From the NCBI GenBank assembly GCA_963749705.1, contig CAVVNQ010000015.1, positions 128,001 through 192,000 on the forward strand: a stretch of 64,000 bases of DNA. The letters run 5' to 3'. The notes under the pieces were generated by a model. It had not been told where the DNA came from. It saw only the letters and a list, made by a program, of their open reading frames with translations, and searched no databases. The translations under genes and the position numbers were made by a program. Below are positions 39,614 to 50,003 of this stretch, in pieces (within the stretch, counting starts at the first letter, position 1; each line of letters opens with the position of its first letter). The stretch is from an uncultured Chloroflexia bacterium (GTDB lineage: Bacteria > Chloroflexota > Limnocylindria > Limnocylindrales > CSP1-4).

Positions 39614-40536
39614 CCGGGCCGCGCCGATCCGGTGGACGAGGATCGCCGATGGGCCGGCAGGTGCGGCGGCCGTCGGCGCTGCGACCCGGCGCCCACCCCG
39701 GAGGCCGGCCGCGGCAGACCCGCCGGGTGCGCAGGTCCTCCGCGGGCCTGACACCGACGCGGGCCGGCGCGCTGCTGGTGATGCTCGCGGCGATGGCCGG
39801 CATCTTCGGCGCCGCGACGTCGGATGCGTTCGCGATCAGCCGCACCGAGCTCAGTGGTGCGACGTGGACCCCGGCGGGCGAGCTGGAGGCGGCCCTCGCG
39901 ATCCCTCCCGGCCAGAACCTGTTCGCCGTCAGCACCAGCGAGCTGGCGCGGCGGGTCGAGGCCATTCCAGCGGTCCGGACCGCCCGGGTCGAGGTCGCGC
40001 TGCCCGACACGCTCCGGGTCACGGTCAGCGAACGCGTCGCGCTGCTGGTCTGGAAGGCGGGCCCCCGCGAGCTCCTCGTTGACGGCACCGGGTTCCTGTT
40101 CGGCGAGCTGCCCGACGCCGGCCCGTCCGACGCCGGCCCGTCCGGCGCCCGGCTGCCGGTGGTCGACGACCAACGCCTCGGGTCGGCCCACCTGGACGTG
40201 GGCGACACGCTCGATGCCGTGTCGCTCGACGCCGCCCTCCGGATCGGCTCGCTGACCCCGGCCGACGTCGGCAGCTCGGCATCGCGCCTGGCCATCCGGG
40301 TCGACGACACGGACGGGTTCACGGTCACCGCCGAGCCAGTCGGCTGGACCGCGGTGTTCGGGTTCTACACGCCGACCCTGCGGACGACCGACCTCATCCC
40401 GGGCCAGGTGCGGCTGCTCCGGAGCCTCCTCCTGGGTCGCGAGGACACGGTCCTGCGGATCGTCCTCGCCGACGACCACAGCGGGACGTACGTCCCGCGC
40501 CCGACGCCCTCCCCGTCGTCGACGGCCAGGCCGTGA
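39610..40536 (+). CDS. ftsQ: FtsQ/DivIB-like protein
   Basis: Basic N-terminus, one TM, POTRA-like LPDTLRVTVSER; position after ddl. Confidence 0.8.
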   Translation: MTGPRRSGGRGSPMGRQVRRPSALRPGAHPGGRPRQTRRVRRSSAGLTPTRAGALLVMLAAMAGIFGAATSDAFAISRTELSGATWTPAGELEAALAIPPGQNLFAVSTSELARRVEAIPAVRTARVEVALPDTLRVTVSERVALLVWKAGPRELLVDGTGFLFGELPDAGPSDAGPSGARLPVVDDQRLGSAHLDVGDTLDAVSLDAALRIGSLTPADVGSSASRLAIRVDDTDGFTVTAEPVGWTAVFGFYTPTLRTTDLIPGQVRLLRSLLLGREDTVLRIVLADDHSGTYVPRPTPSPSSTARP

Positions 40537-40630
40537 GCGGCTGGAACCGCGCCGCACCGGCGACGCGTCCGATCGGGCGGGGGTCTGGTAGCGTTACGGG
40601 AACGTACTTCCGGCCGGAGGCTGCCCGCTC

Positions 40631-40954
40631 GTGCTCCTGCCCCTCGTGGGTCTCCTCGTCGGCGTGCTGGCGGGGCTCATCCTCAATGTCAACGTCAGCT
40701 TCGAGTTCTCGCGGTACTCCGCCGTCGCGATCCTCGCCGCGCTCGATTCCGTGCTCGGCGCGGTGCGCGCGGAGCTCGACGGTGTCTACGACAATCGGAT
40801 CTTCATCAGCGGCTTCGTCACCAACGCGATCGTGGCCGTGCTGCTCACCTTCATCGGGGACCGGTTGAGCCTCGATCTCTACCTCGTCGCGCTCATCAAC
40901 TTCGGGTTCCGGATCTTCAACAACGTTGCGCTCATCCGGCGACACTTCATCTAG
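40631..40954 (+). CDS. sbp: Small basic protein (DUF1290)
   Basis: YSAVAILAALDSVLG..FISGF..LTFIGDRL..RIFNN..IRR. Confidence 0.88.
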   Translation: MLLPLVGLLVGVLAGLILNVNVSFEFSRYSAVAILAALDSVLGAVRAELDGVYDNRIFISGFVTNAIVAVLLTFIGDRLSLDLYLVALINFGFRIFNNVALIRRHFI

Positions 40955-41011
40955 CGACATGCCGAGGCTCGCAGACCGCGAGCCGTCACGACAGCGAGGG
41001 ACGACAGGCAG

Positions 41012-42241
41012 GTGGAACGGGAAGCGGTTCTCGTCGGCATCGACGTCGGCACGTCCAAGGTCTGCGCGCTGATCGGCGAGATCAGCCGGGATGGCCGCCT
41101 GACGATCATGGGCCACGGCACCGTGCCGTCGTCCGGCCTCAAGAAGGGCGTCGTCGTCAACATCGACCAGACCGTGCGGTCCATCGCCGACGCGGTCGAG
41201 CGATCGGAGCGCCTGTCGGGCTGGAAGATCGACCGCGCGTTCGTGGGCGTCGGCGGCGGCAACGTCGAGAGCCTCAACTCGACGGGTCAGGTGGCGGTCA
41301 CCGCCCACCATCGCGAGGTCACCCGCGAGGACATCAACCGCGCGATCGAGGTCGCCCGTGCGGTCTCGATCCCGTCCAATCGCGAGGTCCTGCACGTCCA
41401 GCGCCGCGACTTCACCGTCGACGGCCAGGAGGGGGTCAAGGACCCGCTCGGCATGAGTGCCCTGCGGCTCGAGGTCGAGGCCCACATCGTGTCCGCCTCC
41501 GCGACGGCGGTCCAGAACCTGAGCAAGTGCGTCCAGGCGGCCGGCGTGAAGATCGACGAGCTCGTCGTCGACGCCCTGGCATCGGCGGAGGCCGTCCTGA
41601 CCGAGACCGAGAAGGAGCTGGGCGTCGCGGTCGCGGACATCGGGGCGGGCACCATCGACCTCGCCCTGTTCGCGGACGGCTCGCCGCTCCACACCTCGGT
41701 GCTGCCCGTCGGTGGCAACAACGTGACCAACGACATCGCGATCGGGATCAAGACCACGCTCCAGATCGCGGAGGAGCTCAAGATCCGTCACGGCACCTGC
41801 GACCTGCGGGAGCTCGAGGACGAGCAGATCGGGGTCTCCGTCCTCGGCGAGGAGGCGGGCCGGACGATCAGCCGCGAGGAGCTGTGCCGGATCATCGAGG
41901 CGCGGATGCGCGAGACGTTCGAGCTGCTGCACGCGGAGATGACCCGCAGCGGTCACGGCATGCTTCCGGCCGGCATCATCCTCACCGGTGGCGGCGCCCA
42001 GCTCGCGGGCACCGCCGAGCTCGGCCGCGACGTGCTCCAGATGCCCGTTCGCGTGGCGGGTCCGTCGGGGATCGGCGGGCTCGTCGACACGATCCAGGAT
42101 CCTTCATACGCGACCGCCGTGGGGCTCCTTCGCTGGGGCGCGGCGACGCTGACGATGGACGAGCCCGCGCGCTACGAGTCGGCCCCCGGCGGGGGCGGGC
42201 TGGGCCGGATCCGGGACGCGATCCGCAGCATCTTCCCGTAG
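41012..42241 (+). CDS. ftsA: Cell division protein FtsA
   Basis: GIDVGTSKV, DIGAGT, VGGNNVTNDI, LTGGGA, YATAVGL. Confidence 0.96.
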   Translation: MEREAVLVGIDVGTSKVCALIGEISRDGRLTIMGHGTVPSSGLKKGVVVNIDQTVRSIADAVERSERLSGWKIDRAFVGVGGGNVESLNSTGQVAVTAHHREVTREDINRAIEVARAVSIPSNREVLHVQRRDFTVDGQEGVKDPLGMSALRLEVEAHIVSASATAVQNLSKCVQAAGVKIDELVVDALASAEAVLTETEKELGVAVADIGAGTIDLALFADGSPLHTSVLPVGGNNVTNDIAIGIKTTLQIAEELKIRHGTCDLRELEDEQIGVSVLGEEAGRTISREELCRIIEARMRETFELLHAEMTRSGHGMLPAGIILTGGGAQLAGTAELGRDVLQMPVRVAGPSGIGGLVDTIQDPSYATAVGLLRWGAATLTMDEPARYESAPGGGGLGRIRDAIRSIFP

Positions 42242-42251
42242 GCCGGGCGCG

Positions 42252-42665
42252 ATGCGCACGGTCGAGCTCGAGGTCCGGACCGGGCGGGACCGGGGCCTCA
42301 CGGATCTGACCCCGGCGTGCGCCCGGTTCGCCGCCGATGCCTCGGACGGCGCCGACGGGCTGCTGTCGGTGTTCGTGCCCCATGCCACGGCCGGTCTGGT
42401 GATCCTCGAGCTCGGGGCCGGGTCCGAGGAGGACGCGATGCGCGCGCTCGACCGGCTGCTGCCTCGAGACGACCGCTGGACGCACCGCCACGGGTCGCCG
42501 GGTCACGGGGCCGACCACGTCCTGCCGCTGCTGGCGGCGCCGTCGCTGACCATCCCGGTGATCGCGGGCTCGCTCGCGCTGGGGACGTGGCAGTCCGTCG
42601 CGTTGCTGGACCCCAACGCCGACAACGCGACGCGGCACGTGCGGCTGAGCTTCATCGGCGGGTAG
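42252..42665 (+). CDS. YjbQ/UPF0047 family protein
   Basis: VPHATAG, HRHGSPGHGADH, LGTWQSV. Confidence 0.88.
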   Translation: MRTVELEVRTGRDRGLTDLTPACARFAADASDGADGLLSVFVPHATAGLVILELGAGSEEDAMRALDRLLPRDDRWTHRHGSPGHGADHVLPLLAAPSLTIPVIAGSLALGTWQSVALLDPNADNATRHVRLSFIGG

Positions 42666-42878
42666 AGCGGCGACGTTCGCTCGCCGTTCGGGGCGTGGCC
42701 GCCGGACGGTAGACCGGCCCGATCGCGGGAAGTCCGTGGCTCACGCGGGCACATCCGCGGGTATACTCCGGCCAAGCCCGAGGGACCCGAAGCGGCGCCG
42801 GAAACCGGGACCGGCACCACGGGGACGAGCGGTAACCCGTCCTGTCGCCATACCCCGCGCCACCTAGGAGAGCGCCCG

Positions 42879-44117
42879 ATGCCGCTGCGTTCGGATTCCG
42901 AGAACTTCGCCCTCATCCGCGTCATCGGTGTCGGTGGCGGCGGGAGCAACGCCGTGAACCGGATGATCCGGGCCGAGATGATGGGCGTGGAGTTCATCGC
43001 CTGCAACACGGATGCGCAGGCGCTGCTCCAGTCGGACGCCCCGCACAAGATCCGGATCGGCGACAAGATCACCCGCGGCCTGGGGGCCGGCGGCGACGCG
43101 GCGATCGGGCAGCGGGCGGCGGAGGAGGATCGCGACAAGATCGCCGAAGCCATCGCGGACTCCGACATGGTGTTCATCACCGCGGGCCTGGGCGGCGGGA
43201 CCGGATCGGGTGCCGCACCCGTGGTCGCCGAGATCGCCAAGGAGCAGGGAGCGCTCACGATCGGCGTCGTCACCAAGCCGTTCAGCTTCGAGGGCAGCCG
43301 GCGCAAGCTCGTTGCGGAGCGGGCCGCCGAGGAGCTCAAGGCCAAGGTCGACACCCTGATCACGATCCCCAACGATCGCCTGCGCGACGTGGTCCAGAAG
43401 AACACCTCGATCGTCGACGCGTTCCGCGTCGTCGATGACGTGCTGCGCCAGGGCGTGGCTGGGATCAGCGACATCATCACCGTGCCCGGGCTGATCAACC
43501 TCGACTTCGCCGACGTGCGGGCGATCATGAAGGATGCCGGCTCGGCCCTGATGGGCATCGGCCGCGCCGCGGGCGAGAACCGGGCGCTCGAGGCCGCGCG
43601 CGAAGCGGTGGCCAGCCCGCTGCTCGAGATCAACATCGCCGGCGCGCAGGGCATCCTGTTCAACATCACCGGGTCCTCGAACCTCACCCTGTGGGAGGTC
43701 ACCGAGGCTGCCGAGGAGATCCGGGCCGCCGCGGACCCGGAGGCCAACATCATCTTCGGCACCAGCTTCAACGAGCGCCTGGGCGAAGAGGTGATGATCA
43801 CGGTCATCGCAACCGGCTTCGACGGGCGCCGTCGCCCGGAGGGCGCACGCGCCGCCGCGTCCGAGCGGACGACGTCGGCGGTCGGCGTGCGTTCGGCACC
43901 GGCCGCCGCCGCGGGCGCGACCATCCCGTCGAGGGACTACCTCGAGGATCTCGAGCGCCAGCGGACCGAGACCGACGATCGCCCGCCGGCGCCGACCCGC
44001 GACGAGGGCCTGGCCGCGCTGGTCCGCCCCGAGCGGACCGTCGGCGACCAGCCGGCGCGCCGTCCCTCGTACGACGCGGAGGATCTCGAGATCCCGAGCT
44101 TCCTGCGCCGGCGCTGA
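42879..44117 (+). CDS. ftsZ: Cell division protein FtsZ
   Basis: [27 protein letters not shown]-terminal [10 protein letters not shown]; own -10 TATACT at 42762. Confidence 0.98.
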   Translation: MPLRSDSENFALIRVIGVGGGGSNAVNRMIRAEMMGVEFIACNTDAQALLQSDAPHKIRIGDKITRGLGAGGDAAIGQRAAEEDRDKIAEAIADSDMVFITAGLGGGTGSGAAPVVAEIAKEQGALTIGVVTKPFSFEGSRRKLVAERAAEELKAKVDTLITIPNDRLRDVVQKNTSIVDAFRVVDDVLRQGVAGISDIITVPGLINLDFADVRAIMKDAGSALMGIGRAAGENRALEAAREAVASPLLEINIAGAQGILFNITGSSNLTLWEVTEAAEEIRAAADPEANIIFGTSFNERLGEEVMITVIATGFDGRRRPEGARAAASERTTSAVGVRSAPAAAAGATIPSRDYLEDLERQRTETDDRPPAPTRDEGLAALVRPERTVGDQPARRPSYDAEDLEIPSFLRRR

Positions 44118-44142
44118 ACCCACGCCGGCCGCAGCCGCGGCC

Positions 44143-44883
44143 GTGATGCACGAGGCGGACGATCCCCGCGAGGTCGAGGCGTTCGCGCGCGCCCGGGCGG
44201 CGGTCGAGGCGCGGATCGACGCCGCCGCGAAGCGGGCCGGCCGCGATCCGGCTTCGGTCCGGCTGGTCGCCGTGTCCAAGACCGTCCCGGCCGCGCGGGT
44301 TCGGGCGGCCGTGGCCGCCGGCCTCGATGTCCTGGGTGAGAACCGGGTCCAGGAGGCGGCCGCCAAGATCCCCGACGTTCCGGGGGCGTCGTGGCACCTG
44401 GTCGGGCCGCTCCAGGGGAACAAGGCCCGCCGAGCCGTCCAGCTGTTCGACGTGATCCAGTCGCTCGACGGTCTCGACCTCGCCCGGAGGCTCGACCGTC
44501 TCGCGGGGGAGATGCGCCCCGGCAGGCCACTGCCCGTGCTGCTCCAGGTCAACGTCGCCGGAGACGTCGCGAAGGCCGGGTTCAGCCCGGCCGGGGTGGC
44601 CGAGGCCCTGCCGGCATTGTCGGGTCTCGCCAACCTGCGTCTCGACGGCCTGATGACCATCGGTCGCCTGGTCACCGATCCGCAGGACGCCCGACCCACG
44701 TTCGTCGCCCTCCGGACGCTGTCGGACCGCCTGCGCTCGGAGTCGCCGGCGCTCGGGCCGGCCCTGTCGATGGGCATGAGCGATGACTTCGAGGTTGCCG
44801 TCGAGGAGGGTGCCACGATCGTCCGGGTCGGGCGCGCCCTGTTCGGTGATCGTCCACCGGCCGGTGCCGGCACCGGCGGGTGA
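44143..44883 (+). CDS. yggS: PLP homeostasis protein YggS
   Basis: LVAVSKT, GENRVQE, HLVGPLQGNK, LSMGMSDDF, VRVGRALFG. Confidence 0.94.
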   Translation: MMHEADDPREVEAFARARAAVEARIDAAAKRAGRDPASVRLVAVSKTVPAARVRAAVAAGLDVLGENRVQEAAAKIPDVPGASWHLVGPLQGNKARRAVQLFDVIQSLDGLDLARRLDRLAGEMRPGRPLPVLLQVNVAGDVAKAGFSPAGVAEALPALSGLANLRLDGLMTIGRLVTDPQDARPTFVALRTLSDRLRSESPALGPALSMGMSDDFEVAVEEGATIVRVGRALFGDRPPAGAGTGG

Positions 44884-44934
44884 GGCCCGCGGTGACGAGC
44901 CGCGATGCCCGGCTACCGCTGCTAGATTCGCCGC

Positions 44935-45180
44935 ATGGCCCTGTTCATCCGGACGTTCCTGGGTCTGCTGCTCGCGACCCTGTGGCTGCTCGTGCTCGGC
45001 CGGATCCTCATCAGCTGGGTCGACCCGGCGGGTCGGACGCAGGTTGGCGCGTTCCTGATCCGGGCCACCGAGCCCATCCTGGCCCCGGTTCGCCGGGCGC
45101 TGCCCCCGGCGGGCATGTTCGACTTCTCGAGCCTGCTCGTGCTGCTCGTCCTGGGCGCCCTGTGGCGCGCGATCCTGTAG
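44935..45180 (+). CDS. yggT: YggT/YlmG membrane protein
   Basis: RILISW..TEPILAPVRR..P..FDFS. Confidence 0.9.
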   Translation: MALFIRTFLGLLLATLWLLVLGRILISWVDPAGRTQVGAFLIRATEPILAPVRRALPPAGMFDFSSLLVLLVLGALWRAIL

Positions 45181-45185
45181 CCCGG

Positions 45186-45467
45186 ATGCCGTCCGCGGAC
45201 GTCCGGTTCGCGGTGCGGCTGACGCCCCGGGGCGGAGCGGATCGCGTCGAGGGCGTGGTCGATGGCGTGCTTCGCGCCCGGGTCGCGGCCCCCGCCGTCG
45301 ACGGCGCGGCGAACGAGGCGCTGCTGCGGCTGCTCGCCCGGGAGCTCGACCTGCCGCGCGCGGACGTCCGGATCGTGGCCGGCGCCACCGCGCGTCGCAA
45401 GATCGTGGCGGTGGCCGGCATCGCCGCCGACCGCCTGCGGCATCGCTGGCCCGGCCTGGCCGGCTGA
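45186..45467 (+). CDS. DUF167 (YggU) family protein
   Basis: VRLTPRG..RVAAPAVDGAANEALLRLLA..IVAGATARRK. Confidence 0.88.
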   Translation: MPSADVRFAVRLTPRGGADRVEGVVDGVLRARVAAPAVDGAANEALLRLLARELDLPRADVRIVAGATARRKIVAVAGIAADRLRHRWPGLAG

Positions 45468-45529
45468 CTCGCCGCGCAGCCGCGCGAGCGGTCCGCCGGC
45501 GGTAGAATGCTGGTCCCTTGGGGCCCTCC

Positions 45530-45606
<77 letters not shown>

Positions 45607-45750
45607 CCGATCCGGCCCCGGTCGACCCTGGATCGCACGTCAGGATCCGGGTGCGCGCGCGTCACACCGCCGCATACCGGCCCGTCGCAACCGTGACGGA
45701 CTCCCCGCAACGCGGTCTCCTCCCCGCGGTTCGTGGAGCCTCGGCAGATG

Positions 45751-45781
45751 CGAAGCCTCCTGGACGATCCAGGAGGCTTCG
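45751..45781. terminator. Hairpin downstream of acnA
   Basis: CGAAGCCTCCTGGA-CGA-TCCAGGAGGCTTCG, perfect 14-bp stem. Confidence 0.75.
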
Positions 45782-45804
45782 TGCCGTGACAGCCCGGGCG
45801 AGCG

Positions 45805-48477
45805 CTACTCGGCCGCGAGGCGGCGGAGGACGGCGGGCAGGATCCCTCCCTGGCGGAGGTAGTCGACGTCGATCGGCCCATCGAGACGCGCGATCACCTC
45901 GAACCGCTGCTCGCGCCCGTCGTCGGACCGTGCGATGACGGTCACCACCTGGCGCGGCGACAGACCGGCAAGCCCGGCGATGGCATACGTCTCGCGTCCG
46001 GTCAGCCCCAGCGACGCCGCGCTGTCACCGGGCTGGAACTGGAGGGGAAGCACGCCCATCCCGACAAGGTTCGAACGGTGGATCCGCTCGTAGCTTTCGG
46101 CGATCACGGCTCGAACGCCCAGCAGCGCCGTGCCCTTGGCAGCCCAGTCCCGGGAGGATCCCGAGCCGTACTCGCGACCCGCGATCACGATCAGCGGCAC
46201 GCCCTCGTCGCGGTAGCGCATCGCGGCGTCGTAGATGAATGCCTCGTCGCCGTCGGGCAGGTGCACGGTGTACGGGCCTTCCCTGCCACCCGCCAGCTGG
46301 TTGCGCAGACGGATGTTGCCGAACGTGCCGCGCATCATCACCTCGTGGTGGCCGCGGCGAGCGCCGAACGAGTTGAAGTCGAGCGGCGCGACGCCATGCT
46401 CCTGGAGCCAGCGACCGGCCGGCGCCCAGGCCGGGATCGAGCCCGCCGGGCTGATGTGGTCGGTCGTCACCGAGTCGCCCAGCAGCGCGAGGACCCGCGC
46501 ACCCTCGATGTCGGCGAGCGGCGCCGGCTCCGCGGTCAGCCCCTCGAAGAACGGCGGGTTGGCGACGTAGGTCGAGTCCGCGTCCCACGCGTACCGGTCA
46601 CCGGTCGGGATCGGCAGCGCGCGCCAGCGATCGTCGCCATCGAACACCACGGCGTAGGTCTCGCGGAACAGCTCGGGATCGATGGACCGGCCGATCACCT
46701 CCCGGATCTCGTCCGGGCCCGGCCAGATCTCGGCCAGCATCACCGGGCGACCGTCGCTGCCGGTGCCCAGCGGCTCGGTCGTGAGGTCGACGTCGACCCG
46801 CCCGGCGAGCGCGAACGCGACGACCAGCGGCGGCGAGGCGAGGTACGAGGCGCGTACCAGCGGATGGATCCGGCCCTCGAAGTTGCGATTGCCCGAGAGC
46901 ACGGCGGCCACCACGAGCTCATCGCCCTCGACCGCTGATGCCACGGCGGTGTCGAGCGGTCCGGAGTTGCCGATGCACGTCGTGCAGCCGTACCCGGCGA
47001 GGGCGAACCCGAGGTCCGCGAGCGGCGCCATCAGCCCGGCGCGCTCGAGATAGCCCGTGACCGCCCTGGACCCCGGTGCGAGCGACGTCTTGACCGTGGG
47101 CGCCACGGTGAGCCCCCGCGCGACCGCGTTCCGCGCGAGCAGGCCCGCACCGACCATCACCGTCGGGTTCGAGGTGTTGGTGCAGGACGTGATGGCCGCG
47201 ATCGCAACCGAGCCGTGGCCGAGCGTCGCGGTTCGGCCGTCCGCCTCGATCTGCCTCGGCGCGACGCCGACGGTGTCCGGATAGGCGGCCCGGAAGTTGT
47301 CGCCGAGTCCGGCAAGCGGGACGCGATCCTGCGGGCGGCGGGGGCCCGCAAGCGATGGCTCGACGGTGGCCAGGTCCAGCTCCAGCAGGGCGTCGAACTC
47401 GGGCCCGTCGCCCGGCTCGCGCCACAGGCCCTGCGCCTTGGCATATCGCTCGACGAGCTCCACGCGCTCCTCGGAGCGGCCCGTGAGCCGCAGGTAGCGG
47501 AGCGTCTCGTCGTCGATCGGGAACAGCGTTGACGTCGCCCCGAACTCGGGGCTCATGTTGGAGATGGTCGCGCGATCCGCGAGCGCGAGCCCGGCGAGCC
47601 CGTCGCCGGCGAACTCCACGAACGCCCCCACGACGCCGAACGAGCGCAGCATCTGGGTGATGGTCAGCACCAGGTCGGTCGCCGTGGCGGCCGTGGGCAG
47701 CTGACCCGTCAGCCGCACGCCGACGATCCGGGGCATCGGCAGGTACAGGGGCTGGCCCAGCAGCACCGCCTCGGCCTCGATCCCGCCGACGCCGTAGCCG
47801 AGCACGCCCAGCCCGTTGACCATCGTCGTGTGCGAGTCGGTCCCCACCAGCGTGTCCGGGAACGCGACGCGGCCCGCCTCATCCTCGCGATCGGCGACCA
47901 CCGTGGCCAGGAACTCGAGGTTGACCTGGTGGATGATCCCGGTCCCGGGAGGCACGACGCGCAGGTCGCGGAACGCGGTCTGGGCCCATCGCAGGAGCTG
48001 GTATCGCTCCCCGTTGCGCTCGTACTCGCGCTCGACGTTGAGGGCGAACGCGCCGGCCCCGCCCCAGGCGTCGACCTGGACCGAGTGGTCGATGATCAGG
48101 TCGGCTGGCACCAGCGGGTTCACGCGGGCCGGATCGCCGCCCAGCGCCGCCATGGCGTCACGCATCGCCGCGAGATCGACGACGGCCGGGACACCGGTGA
48201 AGTCCTGGAGGACGACCCGGGCGGGCATGAACGGGATCTCGGCCTCGCCGGCCCCGCCCGGGCGCCACCCGGCGAGCGCGGCGACATCATCCTCGCGGAC
48301 GACGCCGCGTCCGCAGTTGCGCAGGGCGTTCTCGAGCAGGATCTTGAGGGTCACCGGCGCGCGGCCCGGGTCCACGCCGAGGGCGAGGCCGGAGGTGCCC
48401 AGGGCGGACAGCCGGTAGTGATCGGGGAGGCCGGCGCCGAGGGGGGCGCGCGAGCCGAACGTGTTGGTCGTGGGCAC
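45805..48477 (-). CDS. acnA: Aconitate hydratase A
   Basis: QDFTGVP, DHSVQVD, GTDSHT, ITSCTNTSN, GCTTCIGNSG, TTDHISPAG, GSSRDWAAKG. Confidence 0.96.
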   Translation of the reverse strand: MPTTNTFGSRAPLGAGLPDHYRLSALGTSGLALGVDPGRAPVTLKILLENALRNCGRGVVREDDVAALAGWRPGGAGEAEIPFMPARVVLQDFTGVPAVVDLAAMRDAMAALGGDPARVNPLVPADLIIDHSVQVDAWGGAGAFALNVEREYERNGERYQLLRWAQTAFRDLRVVPPGTGIIHQVNLEFLATVVADREDEAGRVAFPDTLVGTDSHTTMVNGLGVLGYGVGGIEAEAVLLGQPLYLPMPRIVGVRLTGQLPTAATATDLVLTITQMLRSFGVVGAFVEFAGDGLAGLALADRATISNMSPEFGATSTLFPIDDETLRYLRLTGRSEERVELVERYAKAQGLWREPGDGPEFDALLELDLATVEPSLAGPRRPQDRVPLAGLGDNFRAAYPDTVGVAPRQIEADGRTATLGHGSVAIAAITSCTNTSNPTVMVGAGLLARNAVARGLTVAPTVKTSLAPGSRAVTGYLERAGLMAPLADLGFALAGYGCTTCIGNSGPLDTAVASAVEGDELVVAAVLSGNRNFEGRIHPLVRASYLASPPLVVAFALAGRVDVDLTTEPLGTGSDGRPVMLAEIWPGPDEIREVIGRSIDPELFRETYAVVFDGDDRWRALPIPTGDRYAWDADSTYVANPPFFEGLTAEPAPLADIEGARVLALLGDSVTTDHISPAGSIPAWAPAGRWLQEHGVAPLDFNSFGARRGHHEVMMRGTFGNIRLRNQLAGGREGPYTVHLPDGDEAFIYDAAMRYRDEGVPLIVIAGREYGSGSSRDWAAKGTALLGVRAVIAESYERIHRSNLVGMGVLPLQFQPGDSAASLGLTGRETYAIAGLAGLSPRQVVTVIARSDDGREQRFEVIARLDGPIDVDYLRQGGILPAVLRRLAAE

Positions 48478-48594
48478 GTGCTCAATCTCCACTGTGGGGA
48501 TCGGGCGATGAGGGTGCGCCCTCGGACCGCTCGCTTACACTCGTCGCGTGCAAGCCTACAACACCGGCGGCGTCCCGGTCAGCAAGCCAGATCG

Positions 48595-49668
48595 ATGAGA
48601 GCCTGGGACGAGACCGAGGGCGCCATCCGCCGCGCGGCCGAGCGCAGGGCGGCCGACCAGGACGAGGCGATGCACGAGCTCGGCGAGCGCGGGATCGACC
48701 TGGATCCCGCCCCCAGCCGTCATGGCGAGCCGACGCACCGCCACGGTGACCTGGAGCACGCGAGCGACCACACGCACCCGCACGCCCACTCGGGCCCCGG
48801 CGAGCGTCCGGTAACCGGGATCATCGGGGCAGGCGCGGTCGGGACGGCCCTGGGGATCGCGCTCGACCGGGCGGGATGGCCGATCCGCGCGGTCGCCTCG
48901 CGCGATGCGGGCCGGCGTGCCCGATTCCGGGAGCACGTGCCCGGGGCTCGCGGGTTCGCCGAGGCCACGGCCCTGGTGGACGATGTCGAGCTGGTGATCC
49001 TGGCAGTGCCCGATGACGTCGTCGCGGCGGTCGCGGCATCGCTGCGGCTGTATGCGGGCCAGGCGATGGTCCACACCAGCGGCCTGCTGGGCGCCGACGT
49101 CCTGGCGCCGGCGATGGCCGCGGGCACCCAGGTCGGCGCATTCCATCCGCTGGTCGCGTTCGCGGACCTCGAGCGCGCCCTGGCGGCGCTCCATGGCGCG
49201 ACGATCGCGATCGAGGGGGACGACGAGCTGGCCGCGCACCTGGCCGACATGGCGGATGCGATCGGTGGCGTCGCCGTCCGGATCCCGCCCGGAGCCAAGG
49301 CTGCGTACCACGCGGCGGCGGTGCTCTCGGCCGGCGGCGTGGTGGCGCTCATGGACACCATCCGCGGCGTCGCCGCGGCGCTGGGGCTGGACGAGGCGGG
49401 CACGATGCAGATCTATCTCCCGCTGCTCGAGCAGACGGTGGCCAACGCGCGCGCGCTGGGGATCGCGGCGGCCCTGACGGGCCCGGCCACGCGGGGGGAC
49501 GCGGGCACGATCGCCGCGCACCTCGAAGCGCTGCGTTCCGGGGCCCCGGACACGCTGCCCGTCTACCGGGCGCTGATGGAGCGATCGGTGGGGATCGCAA
49601 CCGGTCGTGGCTCGCTGTCACCGGAAGCCGCCGAACGGCTCCGGGTCGCACTTGCAGGGAACCCTTGA
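48595..49668 (+). CDS. Rossmann-like plus DUF2520 oxidoreductase with His-rich N-terminal segment
   Basis: IIGAGAVG, AVPDD, HTSG, FHPL, YHAAA, LTGPATRGD..TIAAHL. Confidence 0.85.
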   Translation: MRAWDETEGAIRRAAERRAADQDEAMHELGERGIDLDPAPSRHGEPTHRHGDLEHASDHTHPHAHSGPGERPVTGIIGAGAVGTALGIALDRAGWPIRAVASRDAGRRARFREHVPGARGFAEATALVDDVELVILAVPDDVVAAVAASLRLYAGQAMVHTSGLLGADVLAPAMAAGTQVGAFHPLVAFADLERALAALHGATIAIEGDDELAAHLADMADAIGGVAVRIPPGAKAAYHAAAVLSAGGVVALMDTIRGVAAALGLDEAGTMQIYLPLLEQTVANARALGIAAALTGPATRGDAGTIAAHLEALRSGAPDTLPVYRALMERSVGIATGRGSLSPEAAERLRVALAGNP

Positions 49669-49685
49669 CGAGGTACGATGCGGAT

Positions 49686-50003
49686 ATGCAGCACAGCATC
49701 GCCGCGCGGCACGCGGCATGGCCGGCGCGCTTCGTCCATCCGTCGACCCGGGCCCGTGAACGACGTCTCGGCCTCCGCTCCGCGGCGGCGTTCGTGACCG
49801 CCCCGGCGCGTCGCACGGTGCTGCGTCGGCCCGATGTCGGACCGCTCACCGCGCTCCGTGCCCCGTGGCGCTCGCTGACCGTCGCGCCCCGACGCGTCGC
49901 GACCAGCGGTCGCCCGAAGCCGGCGACGTCGATGCTGTGGACCAGCTCGAGCCGGGCCGGGAGCCCGCACCGCCCGTCCGTGGCGCCCGCGTGGCCCGCC
50001 TGA
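49686..50003 (+). CDS. Possible Arg/Ala-rich leader ORF (105 aa)
   Basis: TTGCAG-16nt-TACGAT-6nt-ATG; stop overlaps the NUDIX start; no recognisable domain. Confidence 0.35.
   Translation: MQHSIAARHAAWPARFVHPSTRARERRLGLRSAAAFVTAPARRTVLRRPDVGPLTALRAPWRSLTVAPRRVATSGRPKPATSMLWTSSSRAGSPHRPSVAPAWPA

Noticed and set aside
45607-45800. Possible integrative element at tRNA-Val
   Set aside because: No integrase, no duplicated tRNA 3' end, and core genes on both sides.
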